DNA of 64,000 bases from Alphaproteobacteria bacterium (GCA_964291285.2 OZ219787.1:2080001-2144000), one strand, 5' to 3'. Positions 43,262-55,162 are shown, counted from the first letter of the stretch. The notes: generated by a model not told the origin, from the letters alone. Program-made: numbers and translations.

Positions 43262-46200
43262 TCGCGCTTTTCGCGCGCCACCCGACGGCGGCGAACCTGG
43301 TGATGGCGGCCATGCTGGTGGTCGGGCTGCTGGCGCTCGGGCGGATGAACAAGCAGTTCTTCCCGGATTTCGGCATCGACACGGTCCTCGTCTCCGTGAC
43401 ATGGCCCGGCGCCGGCGCGGAGGATGTGGACAACGCCATCGTCCAGGCCGTCGAGCCCGAGGTCCGCTTCCTCGACCGGGTGAAGGCGGTGATTTCCAAC
43501 TCCCAGGAGGGCTACGCCACCGTAAGGGTCGATTTCGAGGCCGGGACCGACATGCAGGCGGCGCTGGCGGATGTGGAGGCGGCCGTGTCCCGGGTCGCGA
43601 CCCTGCCCGAGGACAGCGAGACGCCCTGGATACGGCGCGTGGTGCGCTACGAGAACCTGCTGCGCATCGTGCTGGCCGGAGACCTGCCGGAGCGCACGCT
43701 CAAGGCATGGGCGACCCGGATGCGCGACGGGCTGATCCGCGCCGGGGTCGATGAAGTGGAGATGGTCGGCGCGCGCGATGAATGGATCCTGGTCGAGGCG
43801 GACCAGCAGGACCTGCTGGCCCTCGACCTGCCGATATCGGAAATATCGGGCCGGATTGCGGGCGCCTCGCGCGACATACCGGGCGGCGACACGGGCGGGC
43901 GCTCGGTCTCGCGGGTGCGCTCGCTCGGGCTTGCGCGCACGGCCGAGGAGGTCGCCGCGGTCGAGGTCCGGGCGTTCCCGGACGGGCGCAGGCTGACGGT
44001 GGGCGAGGTCGCGGAGGTGAGCGAGGCCTGGAACGAGGACCAGCCGCGGGTCTGGTTCGACGGCCGCCCGGCTGTCGAACTCATCGTCAAGCGGGCGACG
44101 ACGGCCGACGCGCTCGAAACCGCCGAGGCCGCCGACCGGTTCCTGGACGGTTTCGTGCCCACCCTGCCTCCCGGCATCGCGGTCCACCGCTACGACGCGG
44201 CGGCGGACCTGATCGACCAGCGCATCGACCTGCTGGTCCGCAACGGCATCGGCGGGCTGGTCATCGTGCTGGTCGTGCTGTTCGTGTTCCTGAATGCGCG
44301 CACGGCGCTGTGGGTGGCTGCCGGCATCCCCGCCGCCCTGCTCGCCGCGATGGCGCTTGCCTGGGCGTTCGGGCACGCGATCAACATGGTGATCCTGTTC
44401 GGGACCATTCTCGCCATCGGCCTCGTCGTGGACGACGCCATCGTGGTGGCCGAGCACGCCGAGACCCGCGCGCGCCGGGGCGACGACCCGCTTCAGGCGG
44501 CCATGGAAGGCGCGCGGCGCATGGCGGGCCCGGTGTTCTCCTCGAGCCTGACCACCATCGCCGCCTTCCTGCCGCTGATCCTGATCGGCGGCATTATCGG
44601 GCAGATCATCCGGGAAATCCCGATCATCGTCGTGCTGGCGCTGGTGGCGAGCCTGGTGGAGTGCTTCCTGGTGCTGCCCGGCCATCTGCGCCATTCGCTC
44701 GCCGCGACCGCGGCCGCTGCGGAGGGCCGGGCCTCGCGCTTCCGCCGGGGGTTCGACGAAGGCTTCCGCCGGTTCCGCGAGGGTCCGTTCCGGCGCACGG
44801 TCGGGCGCGCGCTCGTCCACCGCTACCTGGTGCTGGCGCTGGCGGTCGGCTTCTTCCTCGTCAGTCTCGGCATTGCGGCCAGCGGGCGCATCGGCTTCAC
44901 CTTTTTCCCCTCGGTCGAGCCGAACAACATCTTCGCGAACCTCCGCATGGTTCCGGGAACGACCGGCGAGGAGACCCTCGAGCGGCTCCTTCAGATCGAG
45001 CGGGGCGCCCGCGCCACCGCCGGGGACTTCGGAGACCCTGGCCTCGTGCATACTTCACTGGTCGTCCAGGGCATTGAGCGCAGCCAGGGCAATTTCGGCC
45101 CCCGCCAGCGCGACGACGCGGTGGGCGCGGTGGTCGTCCAACTCGTCGATTCCGACAAGCGCGACGTGCGCACCGAAGCCTTCGTGCAGGCATGGCGGGA
45201 TCGCAACGGGCCGATCGTCGGGGCCGATGCGCTGACCATCCGCGCCGCGACCGGCGGACCGCCCGGGCGCGAAATCGATGTGCGCCTGTCCGGCGACAGC
45301 CTCGACGACCTCAAGGCGGCGGCCGGGCGCGTGAAGGCCCTTCTCGCTTCATATCCGGGCGTGAGCGCCATCGGCGACAACCTCGCCTACGGCAACCGGG
45401 AAATGCAGCTTCGGGTGACGCCGGCGGGCCGGGCGATGGGCTTCGACATCGCGCGGGCGGGCAGCCAGCTTCGCAGCGCGCTCGAGGGCGACATCGCGCT
45501 GCGCTTCGCCAGGGACGACGAAGAGGTCGAGGTCAGGGTCCGGCAGAAGGAGAACCCGGGCGGGCTCGGCGCGCTCTACCTGTTCGGCCCGAACGGGACC
45601 GAGGTGCCGCTGAGCGCCGTGGTGACCGTGACGCCCTCCAGCGGCTACGACGTCATCCGCCGCGAGCGCGGCCGGCGCGAGGTCTCGGTGACGGCGGAGG
45701 TGGACGAGACCGTCACCACCAATAATGTGGTGCTCGCCGCGCTCCGGCGGGACGGCCTGGCGGAGATCGCCGGGGATGCGGGCCTCGAATGGCGTTTCGC
45801 GGGCAAGGCGGAAGAGCAGGCCGAGACCTTCGCCGACATGGGCGTCGGCGCGGCAATCGGTCTGGCCGGCATGTTCCTGGTGCTCGCCTGGATCTTCGGC
45901 AGCTACAGCCGCCCGCTGGCGGTGCTGGCGGTGGTGCCGCTCGGCTTCATCGGCGTCTCGCTCGGCCATTTCTTCACCGGCTTCGACCTCACCGTCCTGT
46001 CGATCATCGGCATGATCGGGCTCTCCGGCATCGTCATCAACGATTCGATCGTGCTCATCGTGGCGATCACCGACCACGAGCAGGAAGGCAAGCCGCCGCT
46101 GCAGGCCATAGAAGACGGGTGCTGCGACCGCCTGCGCGCGGTGATCCTGACCTCGCTCACCACCATCAGCGGCCTGCTGCCGCTCTGTTTCGAGACCAGC

Positions 46201-46401
46201 CTGCAGGCGCAGTTCCTGATCCCCGTGGCGCTCACCATCGTGGCCGGCCTGGCCACCGCGACCCTGCTCATCCTGTTCGTCGTGCCGGCAATGCTGGCTG
46301 TCGGGCACGACCTGCGGCGCCTCGCCGGGACGGGGCGCGCGGATGGAAGGCAGGTCGTGTTGACCGGACGAGACCCCGGACCGGAGGCCATAACCCGATG
46401 A
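43258..46401 (+). CDS. AcrB/AcrD/AcrF family RND permease
   Basis: 1047 aa; HPTAANL, GLVVDDAIVV.E, GIVINDSIVL, RLRAVILTSLTT. Confidence 0.95.
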   Translation: MIALFARHPTAANLVMAAMLVVGLLALGRMNKQFFPDFGIDTVLVSVTWPGAGAEDVDNAIVQAVEPEVRFLDRVKAVISNSQEGYATVRVDFEAGTDMQAALADVEAAVSRVATLPEDSETPWIRRVVRYENLLRIVLAGDLPERTLKAWATRMRDGLIRAGVDEVEMVGARDEWILVEADQQDLLALDLPISEISGRIAGASRDIPGGDTGGRSVSRVRSLGLARTAEEVAAVEVRAFPDGRRLTVGEVAEVSEAWNEDQPRVWFDGRPAVELIVKRATTADALETAEAADRFLDGFVPTLPPGIAVHRYDAAADLIDQRIDLLVRNGIGGLVIVLVVLFVFLNARTALWVAAGIPAALLAAMALAWAFGHAINMVILFGTILAIGLVVDDAIVVAEHAETRARRGDDPLQAAMEGARRMAGPVFSSSLTTIAAFLPLILIGGIIGQIIREIPIIVVLALVASLVECFLVLPGHLRHSLAATAAAAEGRASRFRRGFDEGFRRFREGPFRRTVGRALVHRYLVLALAVGFFLVSLGIAASGRIGFTFFPSVEPNNIFANLRMVPGTTGEETLERLLQIERGARATAGDFGDPGLVHTSLVVQGIERSQGNFGPRQRDDAVGAVVVQLVDSDKRDVRTEAFVQAWRDRNGPIVGADALTIRAATGGPPGREIDVRLSGDSLDDLKAAAGRVKALLASYPGVSAIGDNLAYGNREMQLRVTPAGRAMGFDIARAGSQLRSALEGDIALRFARDDEEVEVRVRQKENPGGLGALYLFGPNGTEVPLSAVVTVTPSSGYDVIRRERGRREVSVTAEVDETVTTNNVVLAALRRDGLAEIAGDAGLEWRFAGKAEEQAETFADMGVGAAIGLAGMFLVLAWIFGSYSRPLAVLAVVPLGFIGVSLGHFFTGFDLTVLSIIGMIGLSGIVINDSIVLIVAITDHEQEGKPPLQAIEDGCCDRLRAVILTSLTTISGLLPLCFETSLQAQFLIPVALTIVAGLATATLLILFVVPAMLAVGHDLRRLAGTGRADGRQVVLTGRDPGPEAITR

Positions 46402-47939
46402 ACCCGCCCCGCATCGCACTGCTCGGCATCATGCTGGAAAGCAACGCCTTTGCCCCGCCGACGACGGAGGCCGACTTCCGCCGGCACTATTACCGAGAAG
46501 GCGAGGCGCTGCTGGCGGACGCGCGCGCTCCGGTCTCCGCCATGCCGCGCGAGATGGCGGCCTTCGTGCAGGCGATGGACGCGACCGGCCCGTGGGAGCC
46601 CGCGCCGCTCGTCTTCGCCAACAACCCTCCCTGGGGGCCGGCGGAGTGGCCCTTCATCGCCGGCTGCCTGGAGCGCATCGAGGCGATGCTGGCGAAGGCG
46701 GGGCCGGTGGACGGCGTCTTCATCGCCAACCACGGCGCCATGACTTCCACGGAGACGCTCGACCCCGACGGCGAGATCGTGGCCCGGCTGCGCGCGCTGG
46801 CCGGCCCGGACACCCCCGTGATCGTGACGCACGACCTGCACGCCAACCTCTCCGAGCGGCTGGTCGAGGCCGCCGACATGCTGATCGGCTACACCACCAA
46901 CCCGCATGTGGACATGCGCCAGCGCGGCGAGGAAGCGGCCTTCGCCATGCGCATGATGCTGGCGGGGATGCGGCCGAAATCGGCCTTCATCCGCCTGCCG
47001 CTGACGCCGCCGAGCGTGACCCTGCTGACCGCCGAGGGGCCTTATGCGGACATGATCCAACACGGCCAGCGGCGGATACGCGAGTCGGGCGGTGAAATCG
47101 TCAATGTCACGATCCTCGGCGGCTTCGTCTTCTCGGACACGCCGAAGAACGGCATCGCCGTCGTGGTGACGGCGCGCGAGGACGAGGCGGCGGCGCGCGC
47201 GCTTGCCCGCGAGATCGCGGAATACGGCTGGTCGATGCGCGGGCGCTTCCGGCGCGAACTCATGTCCGTCGAGGCAGCGGCGGCGCTCGCGTTCGAAACC
47301 GCCGCCGACCCCACCCGCCCCGCCGTCATCTTCTCCGATTCCGGCGATAATCCGGGCGGCGGCGGCGAGGGGCGCACCACATGGCTGCTCAGGGCGCTGG
47401 TCGAGGCGGGCGCGAAGCGCGTCTATTACGGCTCCTTCTTCGACCCCGCGCTGGCGTTGGAGGCCCACGATCTCGGCGAGGGTGTGGAATTCGAGGCCGT
47501 GTTCAACCGCGAGGGCGACACGGAGTTCTCCAAGGGCTTCCGCGCGCCCGCGCGGGTGCTGAAGCTGACGGACGGGCGCTTCGTCGGCCGGCTCGGCATC
47601 CAGCGCGGCCGGCTGGTGGAGCTCGGGCCGTCCGCCGCCTTGCAGATCGGCGGACCGGAGGGCGTCACCGTCATCGTCATCGGCGCGCGCCACCAGACCG
47701 CGGACCCGATGTTCTTCGAGAGCTTCGGCCTCGACATCGCCGAGGCGCGTGTCGTCTGCGTCAAGTCGCGCGGCCATTTCCGTGCGGGCTTCATGCCCTG
47801 GTTCAAGCCCTCGCAGGTGTTCGAGGTCGACACGGCCGGCCTGACCTCCCCGGTACTGGACCGTTTCCGCTGGCAAAAGCTGCCGCGGCCGTCCTATCCG
47901 CTGGACGAGGACGCCGAATGGACCCCGCCCGACTGGTGA
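46398..47939 (+). CDS. M81 family metallopeptidase (MlrC-like)
   Basis: ESNAF, NHGAM, DLHAN, PHVD, DNPGGG, VKSRGHFRA. Confidence 0.9.
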   Translation: MNPPRIALLGIMLESNAFAPPTTEADFRRHYYREGEALLADARAPVSAMPREMAAFVQAMDATGPWEPAPLVFANNPPWGPAEWPFIAGCLERIEAMLAKAGPVDGVFIANHGAMTSTETLDPDGEIVARLRALAGPDTPVIVTHDLHANLSERLVEAADMLIGYTTNPHVDMRQRGEEAAFAMRMMLAGMRPKSAFIRLPLTPPSVTLLTAEGPYADMIQHGQRRIRESGGEIVNVTILGGFVFSDTPKNGIAVVVTAREDEAAARALAREIAEYGWSMRGRFRRELMSVEAAAALAFETAADPTRPAVIFSDSGDNPGGGGEGRTTWLLRALVEAGAKRVYYGSFFDPALALEAHDLGEGVEFEAVFNREGDTEFSKGFRAPARVLKLTDGRFVGRLGIQRGRLVELGPSAALQIGGPEGVTVIVIGARHQTADPMFFESFGLDIAEARVVCVKSRGHFRAGFMPWFKPSQVFEVDTAGLTSPVLDRFRWQKLPRPSYPLDEDAEWTPPDW

Positions 47940-48048
47940 CGGGCCGCCGGCCGCGATTGCGGCAAGCCGTTCGACGTCCTATCGTGCAGTTCTGCCGAAG
48001 GCGCGACCTAGGCCGCCCGGCAATTCATTGCAGGAGAAGGAAGCACCC

Positions 48049-49638
48049 ATGCAGTTCCGGAAACTTCTGATCGGCTGCGCGCTCGCCGGCCTGACCGCAG
48101 TTCCCGCCTGGGGGCAGGACGGGATGCTGACCGTCGGCCTCAAGGCCGAGCCGTCGTCCATCGACCCGCACTACCACAATCTCGGCCCGAACAACTCCAT
48201 GGCGGCGCACTATTTCAGCCGTCTCGTGGAGCAGGACGACAAGCTCCGGCTGCTGCCGGGCCTTGCGGTGTCGTGGAAGCCGATCGACGACACGACCTGG
48301 GAGTTCAAGCTGCGCGAGGGCGTGAAGTTCCACGACGGTTCGGACTTCAACGCCGACGACGTGCTGTTCACCTTCGAACGCGCGCCCAACGTGCCGAAGT
48401 CGCCGTCCAGCTTCGGCACCTACCTCAAGGGCAAGACCTTCAAGAAGGTCGACGATTTCACCATTCATCTGACCACCGAGCGGCCCTATCCGCTGATGCC
48501 GGTCGACATGGCGCAGGTGCCGATCATCTCCGCCGGCGTGGGCGCCGATGTCAGCACGGCCGACTTCAACTCGGGCAAGGCGGCCATAGGGACCGGCCCG
48601 TACCGTTTCGTCGAGTGGGTGCCCGGCGACCGTCTGGTGATCGAGCGCAACGAGGACTATTTCGACGCCAAGCCGGAATGGGAACGGATCGTCTTCAAGC
48701 CGATCAAGTCGGGCCCGGCCCGCGTCGCCGCGCTGCTCGCGGGCGATGTGGACTTCATCGACAATGTGCCGCCCATCGACATTCCGCGCCTGAAGGGCGA
48801 CGAGAACGTGCAGTTAAGCCAGGGCGTTTCCAGCCGGGTGATCTACCTGCATATGGACCAGTACCGGGAGAATTCCCCGTTCGTGAAGGCGAACGGAGGC
48901 GGCGAGATCAAGAACCCGCTTCTGGACGTACGCGTGCGCAAGGCGATCTCCAAGGCGCTTGACCGCGACGCGATCGTGGACCGGGTGATGGAGGGCGTCG
49001 CCATCAAGGCGGGGCAGTTGCTGCCGGAGGGCTTCTTCGGCGTCACGCCCAACCTGCAGCCGGAGCCCTACGACCCCGAGGGCGCCAAGGCGCTGCTCGC
49101 CGAGGCCGGCTACCCGGACGGCTTCGAGCTCACCATTCACGGCCCCAACGACCGCTATATCAACGACGCCAAGATCTGCGAGGCGGTGGCCCAGATGCTG
49201 ACCCGCGTCGGCATCAGGACGGCGGTCGAGACCATGCCCAAGGCGGTCTATTTCCGGCGCGCCAGCCGCGGCGGGCCAGACGGCTCGCCGGAGTTCAGCT
49301 TCATCCTCGTCGGCTGGGGCTCGGGCACGGGCGAGTCGTCCTCGCCGCTCCGCTCCCTGCTCCACACCTATGACAAGGACCGGGGCTTCGGCGCGTCCAA
49401 CCGGGGCCGTCACTCCGACGCCGAGGTGGACAAGCTGATCGAGGACGCACTCGCGACGGTGGACGACGATGCGCGTCTCAAGCTGCTGCAGGGGGCCACC
49501 GAGCTCGCCATCGGGCGCAACCAGGGCATCATCCCGACGCACTACCAGGTCAACACCTGGGCCGGGAAGAAAGGGCTGTCCTATAAGGCGCGGGCGGATG
49601 AGCGCACCATCGCCATGGGCGTGACCTCCGACAAGTAG
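48049..49638 (+). CDS. ABC transporter substrate-binding protein, family 5 (Dpp/Opp)
   Basis: Signal peptide, IDPH, LREGVKFHDG, GTGPY. Confidence 0.93.
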   Translation: MQFRKLLIGCALAGLTAVPAWGQDGMLTVGLKAEPSSIDPHYHNLGPNNSMAAHYFSRLVEQDDKLRLLPGLAVSWKPIDDTTWEFKLREGVKFHDGSDFNADDVLFTFERAPNVPKSPSSFGTYLKGKTFKKVDDFTIHLTTERPYPLMPVDMAQVPIISAGVGADVSTADFNSGKAAIGTGPYRFVEWVPGDRLVIERNEDYFDAKPEWERIVFKPIKSGPARVAALLAGDVDFIDNVPPIDIPRLKGDENVQLSQGVSSRVIYLHMDQYRENSPFVKANGGGEIKNPLLDVRVRKAISKALDRDAIVDRVMEGVAIKAGQLLPEGFFGVTPNLQPEPYDPEGAKALLAEAGYPDGFELTIHGPNDRYINDAKICEAVAQMLTRVGIRTAVETMPKAVYFRRASRGGPDGSPEFSFILVGWGSGTGESSSPLRSLLHTYDKDRGFGASNRGRHSDAEVDKLIEDALATVDDDARLKLLQGATELAIGRNQGIIPTHYQVNTWAGKKGLSYKARADERTIAMGVTSDK

Positions 49639-49646
49639 CGGGAACC

Positions 49647-49677
49647 GCGCGGGCGGCGGCGCTGCCGCCGTCCGCGC
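49647..49677 (+). other. GC-rich intergenic stem-loop after the SBP gene (probable mRNA stability element)
   Basis: GCGCGGGCGGCGGC-GCT-GCCGCCGTCCGCGC, 14-bp stem with one G-U pair, no U tract. Confidence 0.6.
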
Positions 49678-49701
49678 CCCCTGCGGAAGCGCCGAGGCTC
49701 C

Positions 49702-50679
49702 ATGACCGTCTTCATTATCCGGCGGCTGATGCAGAGTTCGGTCGTCGTTGCGGTGATGTCGCTGCTCGTCTTCGTCGGCGTCAACATCGTCGGCGACCCG
49801 GTCGACATGCTCATCAACCCGGAAGCCGACCAGGCCGAGATCGAGCGGGTGATGCGCGACCTCGGCCTCGACCGGCCGGTGCACGAGCAATACGGCTATT
49901 TCGTCGTCAACGCGCTCCAGGGCGACCTCGGCAAGTCATTCATTTTCGGCGAGCCGGCGCTGCAGCTGATCGTGCAGCGCATGCCGGCGACCTTCGAGCT
50001 TGCGATCGCGGCGCTCTTGATCGCCATCGTGCTCGGCATCCCGCTCGGCGTCATTGCGGGGCTGAGACCCGAGGCCAAGTCGTCCAAGGCGATCATGGCT
50101 GGCTCCATCCTCGGCTTCAGCCTGCCCAGCTTCTGGGTCGGCATCATGATGATCATGCTGTTCGCGGTGATGCTGGGCTGGCTGCCGTCCACGGGGCGGG
50201 GCGACACGGTGCCGTTCCTCGGCATACAGGTCAGCTTCCTCACCTGGGACGGCCTGCAGCACCTGCTGCTGCCGGCGATCAACCTGTCGCTGTTCAAGCT
50301 CTCGCTCGTCATAAGGCTCGCACGCGCCGGCACGCGCGAGGTCATCCACCAGGACTACATCAAGTTCGCGCGCGCCAAGGGGCTGAGCGAGAGCCGTGTC
50401 GTGCTCGTCCACCTGCTCAAGAACATCATGATCCCGGTAGTAACCGTACTCGGCCTCGAATTCGGCGGGCTGGTGGCCTTTTCGGTGGTGACCGAGACGG
50501 TGTTCGCCTGGCCCGGCATGGGCAAGCTCATCATCGACTCGCTGCACGAACTCGACCGGCCGGTGGTGGTCGCCTACCTCATGATTGTGGTGCTGATGTT
50601 CGTCATCATCAACCTGCTGGTGGACATCGTCTATTCGGTCCTCGACCCGCGGGTCCGTCTCCAGGACGCCCGCGCATGA
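49702..50679 (+). CDS. Peptide ABC permease (DppB-like)
   Basis: GDLGKS, PATFEL, ARAKGL, ETVFAWPGMG, LDPR. Confidence 0.93.
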   Translation: MTVFIIRRLMQSSVVVAVMSLLVFVGVNIVGDPVDMLINPEADQAEIERVMRDLGLDRPVHEQYGYFVVNALQGDLGKSFIFGEPALQLIVQRMPATFELAIAALLIAIVLGIPLGVIAGLRPEAKSSKAIMAGSILGFSLPSFWVGIMMIMLFAVMLGWLPSTGRGDTVPFLGIQVSFLTWDGLQHLLLPAINLSLFKLSLVIRLARAGTREVIHQDYIKFARAKGLSESRVVLVHLLKNIMIPVVTVLGLEFGGLVAFSVVTETVFAWPGMGKLIIDSLHELDRPVVVAYLMIVVLMFVIINLLVDIVYSVLDPRVRLQDARA

Positions 50680-51587
50680 CCGTCCACACCGACAGGCAGG
50701 CGCAGGCTGTGGCCGTCGAAACCCCGTTCCGGCGTTTCGCCTCGGACTTTTTCGAGAGCCGCATCGCTACGGTGGCGCTCGCGGTCTTCGCGGTCATCGC
50801 CTTCATCGCGCTCTTCGCGCCCTGGATCGCGCCGACCGACCCATACGATCTGGCGCAGGTGAGCGTGCTCGACTCGCACATGCCGCCCGGCACCGAGGCC
50901 TTCGACGGGCGCGTCTTCTGGCTCGGCACGGACGGTGCCGGGCGCGACCTCGTCAGCGCGATCTGCTACGGGCTGCGCATCAGCCTCGGCGTCGGCGTGA
51001 TGAGCGGCGTCATCGCCATGGCCATCGGTTGCGCCGTCGGCCTGACGGCCGCCTATTTCGGCGGGCGCGTCGACACCCTCATCATGCGCATCGTCGACAT
51101 CCAGCTGAGCTTCCCCTCGATCCTGGTGGCGCTGGTGCTGCTGGCGGTGCTGGGCAAGGGCGTGGACAAGATCCTGATTGCGCTCGTGACCGTGCAGTGG
51201 GCCTATTACGCGCGCACGGTTCGCGCAAGCGCGCTGGTGGAACGCTCGAAGGAATATATCGACGCTGCCAGTTGCCTCGCGCTCGGCCACCGGCGCATCC
51301 TGTTCCGCCACCTGCTGCCGAACTGCCTGCCGCCGCTGATCGTGGTGGTGACGGTCCAGACCGCGCACGCCATCGCGCTGGAGGCAACGCTGAGCTTCCT
51401 CGGCATCGGCCTGCCGATCACCGAGCCCTCCCTCGGCCTGCTGATCGCCAACGGCTTCGAATACATGCTCAGCATGAAATACTGGATCAGCGTCTATCCG
51501 GGCGTGGCGCTGCTCGTCACCATCGTCTCGATCAACCTGGTGGGCGACCAGCTGCGCGACGTTCTGAACCCGCGGTTGCAGAAATAG
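50676..51587 (+). CDS. Peptide ABC permease (DppC-like)
   Basis: LGTDGAGRD, RHLLPN, EATLSFLG, GDQLRD.LNP. Confidence 0.93.
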   Translation: MTVHTDRQAQAVAVETPFRRFASDFFESRIATVALAVFAVIAFIALFAPWIAPTDPYDLAQVSVLDSHMPPGTEAFDGRVFWLGTDGAGRDLVSAICYGLRISLGVGVMSGVIAMAIGCAVGLTAAYFGGRVDTLIMRIVDIQLSFPSILVALVLLAVLGKGVDKILIALVTVQWAYYARTVRASALVERSKEYIDAASCLALGHRRILFRHLLPNCLPPLIVVVTVQTAHAIALEATLSFLGIGLPITEPSLGLLIANGFEYMLSMKYWISVYPGVALLVTIVSINLVGDQLRDVLNPRLQK

Positions 51588-51591
51588 CCTC

Positions 51592-52571
51592 ATGGCGGCA
51601 GCGAACGCCACCTTGGCCGTCGAGGGCCTGAAGACGCATTTCTTCACCAAGGCGGGCATCGTCAAGGCCGTGGATGGGGTGAGCTTCGAGGTCGGGCGCG
51701 GCGAGATCATGGGGCTGGTCGGCGAGTCCGGCTCCGGCAAGTCGGTCACCGGCTTCTCGATCATGCGCCTGGTGGACCCGCCGGGCCGGGTGGTCGAGGG
51801 CCGCATCCTCCACAATGGCGAGGACCTTGTCGGGCTGGACGGGGAGCGGATGCGCAATCTTCGCGGCAACCGGATCGCGATGATCTTCCAGGACCCGATG
51901 ATGACCCTGAACCCGGTGTTGCGCATCGAGACGCAGATGGTCGAGGCGGTGCAGGCGCACAATGCGGTCTCGAAGGAGGAGGCCCGCGGCATGGCGCGCG
52001 ACGCGCTCGGCCAGGTCGGCATCCCTTCGCCGGACGAGCGCCTCCGGGCCTATCCGCACCAGTTCTCCGGCGGCATGCGCCAGCGGGTTGCCATCGCCAT
52101 CGCGCTTCTCAACAGACCGGACCTCATCATCGCCGACGAGCCGACCACGGCGCTGGACGTCACCATCCAGGGGCAGATCCTCTACGAGGCGCAGAAGCTC
52201 TGCCGCGAGGCCGGCGCGGCGATGATCTGGATCACGCACGACCTCGCCGTCGTTGCCGGCATCGCGGACCGCATCTGCGTCATGTATGCCGGGCGTATCG
52301 TCGAGCAGGGCGAAACCGGCGACATCATCGACCGGCCGGCGCATCCATACACGCGCGGGCTGATCGGCTCCGTGCCGAGCCGCAACACGCGCGGCGGCAG
52401 GCTGTTCCAGATTCCCGGCATGACGCCCTCGCTGCTGAACCTGGCGCCCGGCTGCGCCTTTCGCGAGCGCTGCCCGGTGGCGGACGGCGCCTGCGCCGTG
52501 GAGCCGGAGACCTCGCACCCGCTGGCCGGCCGGGAGCTTCGCTGCCACCATCCGCAATTGGAGGCCGCGCC

Positions 52572-52575
<4 letters not shown>
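51592..52575 (+). CDS. Peptide ABC ATPase (DppD-like)
   Basis: [26 protein letters not shown]-terminal Cys motif. Confidence 0.95.
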
Positions 52576-53555
<980 letters not shown>

Positions 53556-53594
53556 GCCAGCCGGCAGCCAGGACCCCGGGGAAAGGAAGCGGAG

Positions 53595-54071
53595 ATGAGC
53601 CGGCGCAAGACGCTTTACCTGGCGAACCCCTACGGCTTCTCGGCGCAGCAGAAGGAGGGGCCGCTCCGGGCGCTGGAAGCGGCGCTGGAGGCGGCCGGCG
53701 CGGAGGTTTGGGAGCCCTTCTCGCGCAACAACCAGATCGACCGCGCGGAAGCCGGCTGGGCCTGGCGCATCGCGCAGGCGGACATGCGCGACGTGCGCGA
53801 GGCGGACGGGTTGTTCGCCGTCGTGAACGGTTGCCCGCCGGACGAGGGCGTGATGGTGGAGCTCGGCATGGCGTTCGCCTGGGACAAGCCGGTGTTCCTC
53901 TTCCGCGACGATTTCCGCCGCTGCACCGACAGCGAGCAATACCCCCTCAACCTCATGGTCTTCGCCGGCCTCCCCACCGACGGCTGGGAAGACCACTGGT
54001 ACACCTCAATCGAGGAAATCGCTGACCCTGCGAAGGCGCTGGCACGGTGGTTGGGGACAAGGGATGGATGA
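53595..54071 (+). CDS. Nucleoside 2-deoxyribosyltransferase family protein
   Basis: YLANPYGFS, WEPF, D...V..AD, PDEGVMVELG.A, NLM. Confidence 0.85.
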   Translation: MSRRKTLYLANPYGFSAQQKEGPLRALEAALEAAGAEVWEPFSRNNQIDRAEAGWAWRIAQADMRDVREADGLFAVVNGCPPDEGVMVELGMAFAWDKPVFLFRDDFRRCTDSEQYPLNLMVFAGLPTDGWEDHWYTSIEEIADPAKALARWLGTRDG

Positions 54072-54184
54072 TTACAGCATTTGGTCCCGTGCGCACGAGG
54101 TCCCGCAAGCATTTTTACCAATACGAAAGGCATTGATACGCCCTTCAATTACAAAAGTTTCTTCCATATGAGTGGTCAACACCT

Positions 54185-55162
54185 TTATTGTTTCACAGAA
54201 ATAGAAAAATCGTTATGGTTTTGACTGCAATGATCCAACAGTTTCTTAACCGCTCCAATCGAGGAATGGACATTACGGTTAGTTCCAATATATAGAGGTG
54301 TTTCTTCTACACCTCCTACGACAGAAAATCTTTTCCCAGTAGGGTGTTTAGGGCTGTAATTTACGACATATCGATTTTTGCTGAAGAGAACAGGTGTATT
54401 TTCTTCTGAAAGATAATTATTCAACCACAACCACTTCACAATAGCAGAAACTACCTGATACCAGTGTTTTGCAGGATATTCTGTGCCGTTTGCCATTCTC
54501 ACCGCTTCGGGCTTTACACCTGTTGTCACAACGTATTCGGCAATTGGAATCCAATTTCTAGATGATGACTCAACAAGAGAATCTTGTTTCTGCTGTAAAT
54601 TCTTCGTATTCTCCTTAAAAGATTGATTTTGATCTTGAAATTCATAAGGTGCGATAGGGCTATTTGCCTTTGCGGGATATCCAGATCCTATATTTGGTCG
54701 CCATAAAGCAAGCATACTAAGTGCAATTTCGTGAGTCGGATCGTTGGAGATGGATATATTCAAAATACGTCGTTCCTCTATCGGTTTTTGTTCGAATACT
54801 GAATATAATTGCCAGAGATTTCCATCTGTAATTCCAGCATAAGCTATGCCATCCTCGACAGCGTAACTAAGCATTTGTCTGCGATATTGTTCCAATGATT
54901 CGCCCAATTTCTTTGCCTCCAGAATGGCGGCTGGCTTTCCGTCGTGACGAATCAGAGCGTAATCGGCACGGTGCTTTCCCAACTCCGGGGCGTATTCCGG
55001 CATGACAAGAGAAGGATCAGCCGGGTCCCAGCCGAGTACCGCCAACATTGGATCGATTAGCGCCATTCGGGTGCGAGTTTCATTGGCCCGAAGTTCGGTA
55101 CTGTGATTTGCCAATCGTGCCTTCAGTCGCTCTATGGTATCGACCAAGTCTTGTAACAACAT
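54185..55162 (-). CDS. HsdR_N-like PD-(D/E)xK nuclease domain protein with a distinct C-terminal domain; low GC
   Basis: NETRTRMALIDPML..LGWD, PEY, RADYAL..ILEAKK, Q.LSYA, ITDG..W; visibly AT-rich. Confidence 0.82.
   Translation of the reverse strand: MLLQDLVDTIERLKARLANHSTELRANETRTRMALIDPMLAVLGWDPADPSLVMPEYAPELGKHRADYALIRHDGKPAAILEAKKLGESLEQYRRQMLSYAVEDGIAYAGITDGNLWQLYSVFEQKPIEERRILNISISNDPTHEIALSMLALWRPNIGSGYPAKANSPIAPYEFQDQNQSFKENTKNLQQKQDSLVESSSRNWIPIAEYVVTTGVKPEAVRMANGTEYPAKHWYQVVSAIVKWLWLNNYLSEENTPVLFSKNRYVVNYSPKHPTGKRFSVVGGVEETPLYIGTNRNVHSSIGAVKKLLDHCSQNHNDFSISVKQ

Noticed and set aside
46398-47939. Microcystin degradation cluster
   Set aside because: Only an MlrC-family peptidase is present, without mlrA/B/D; the family is widespread beside peptide transporters
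53595-55162. Deoxyribosyltransferase plus nuclease as a two-gene defence system
   Set aside because: Convergent genes with very different GC; the transferase follows the ABC operon with host-like composition
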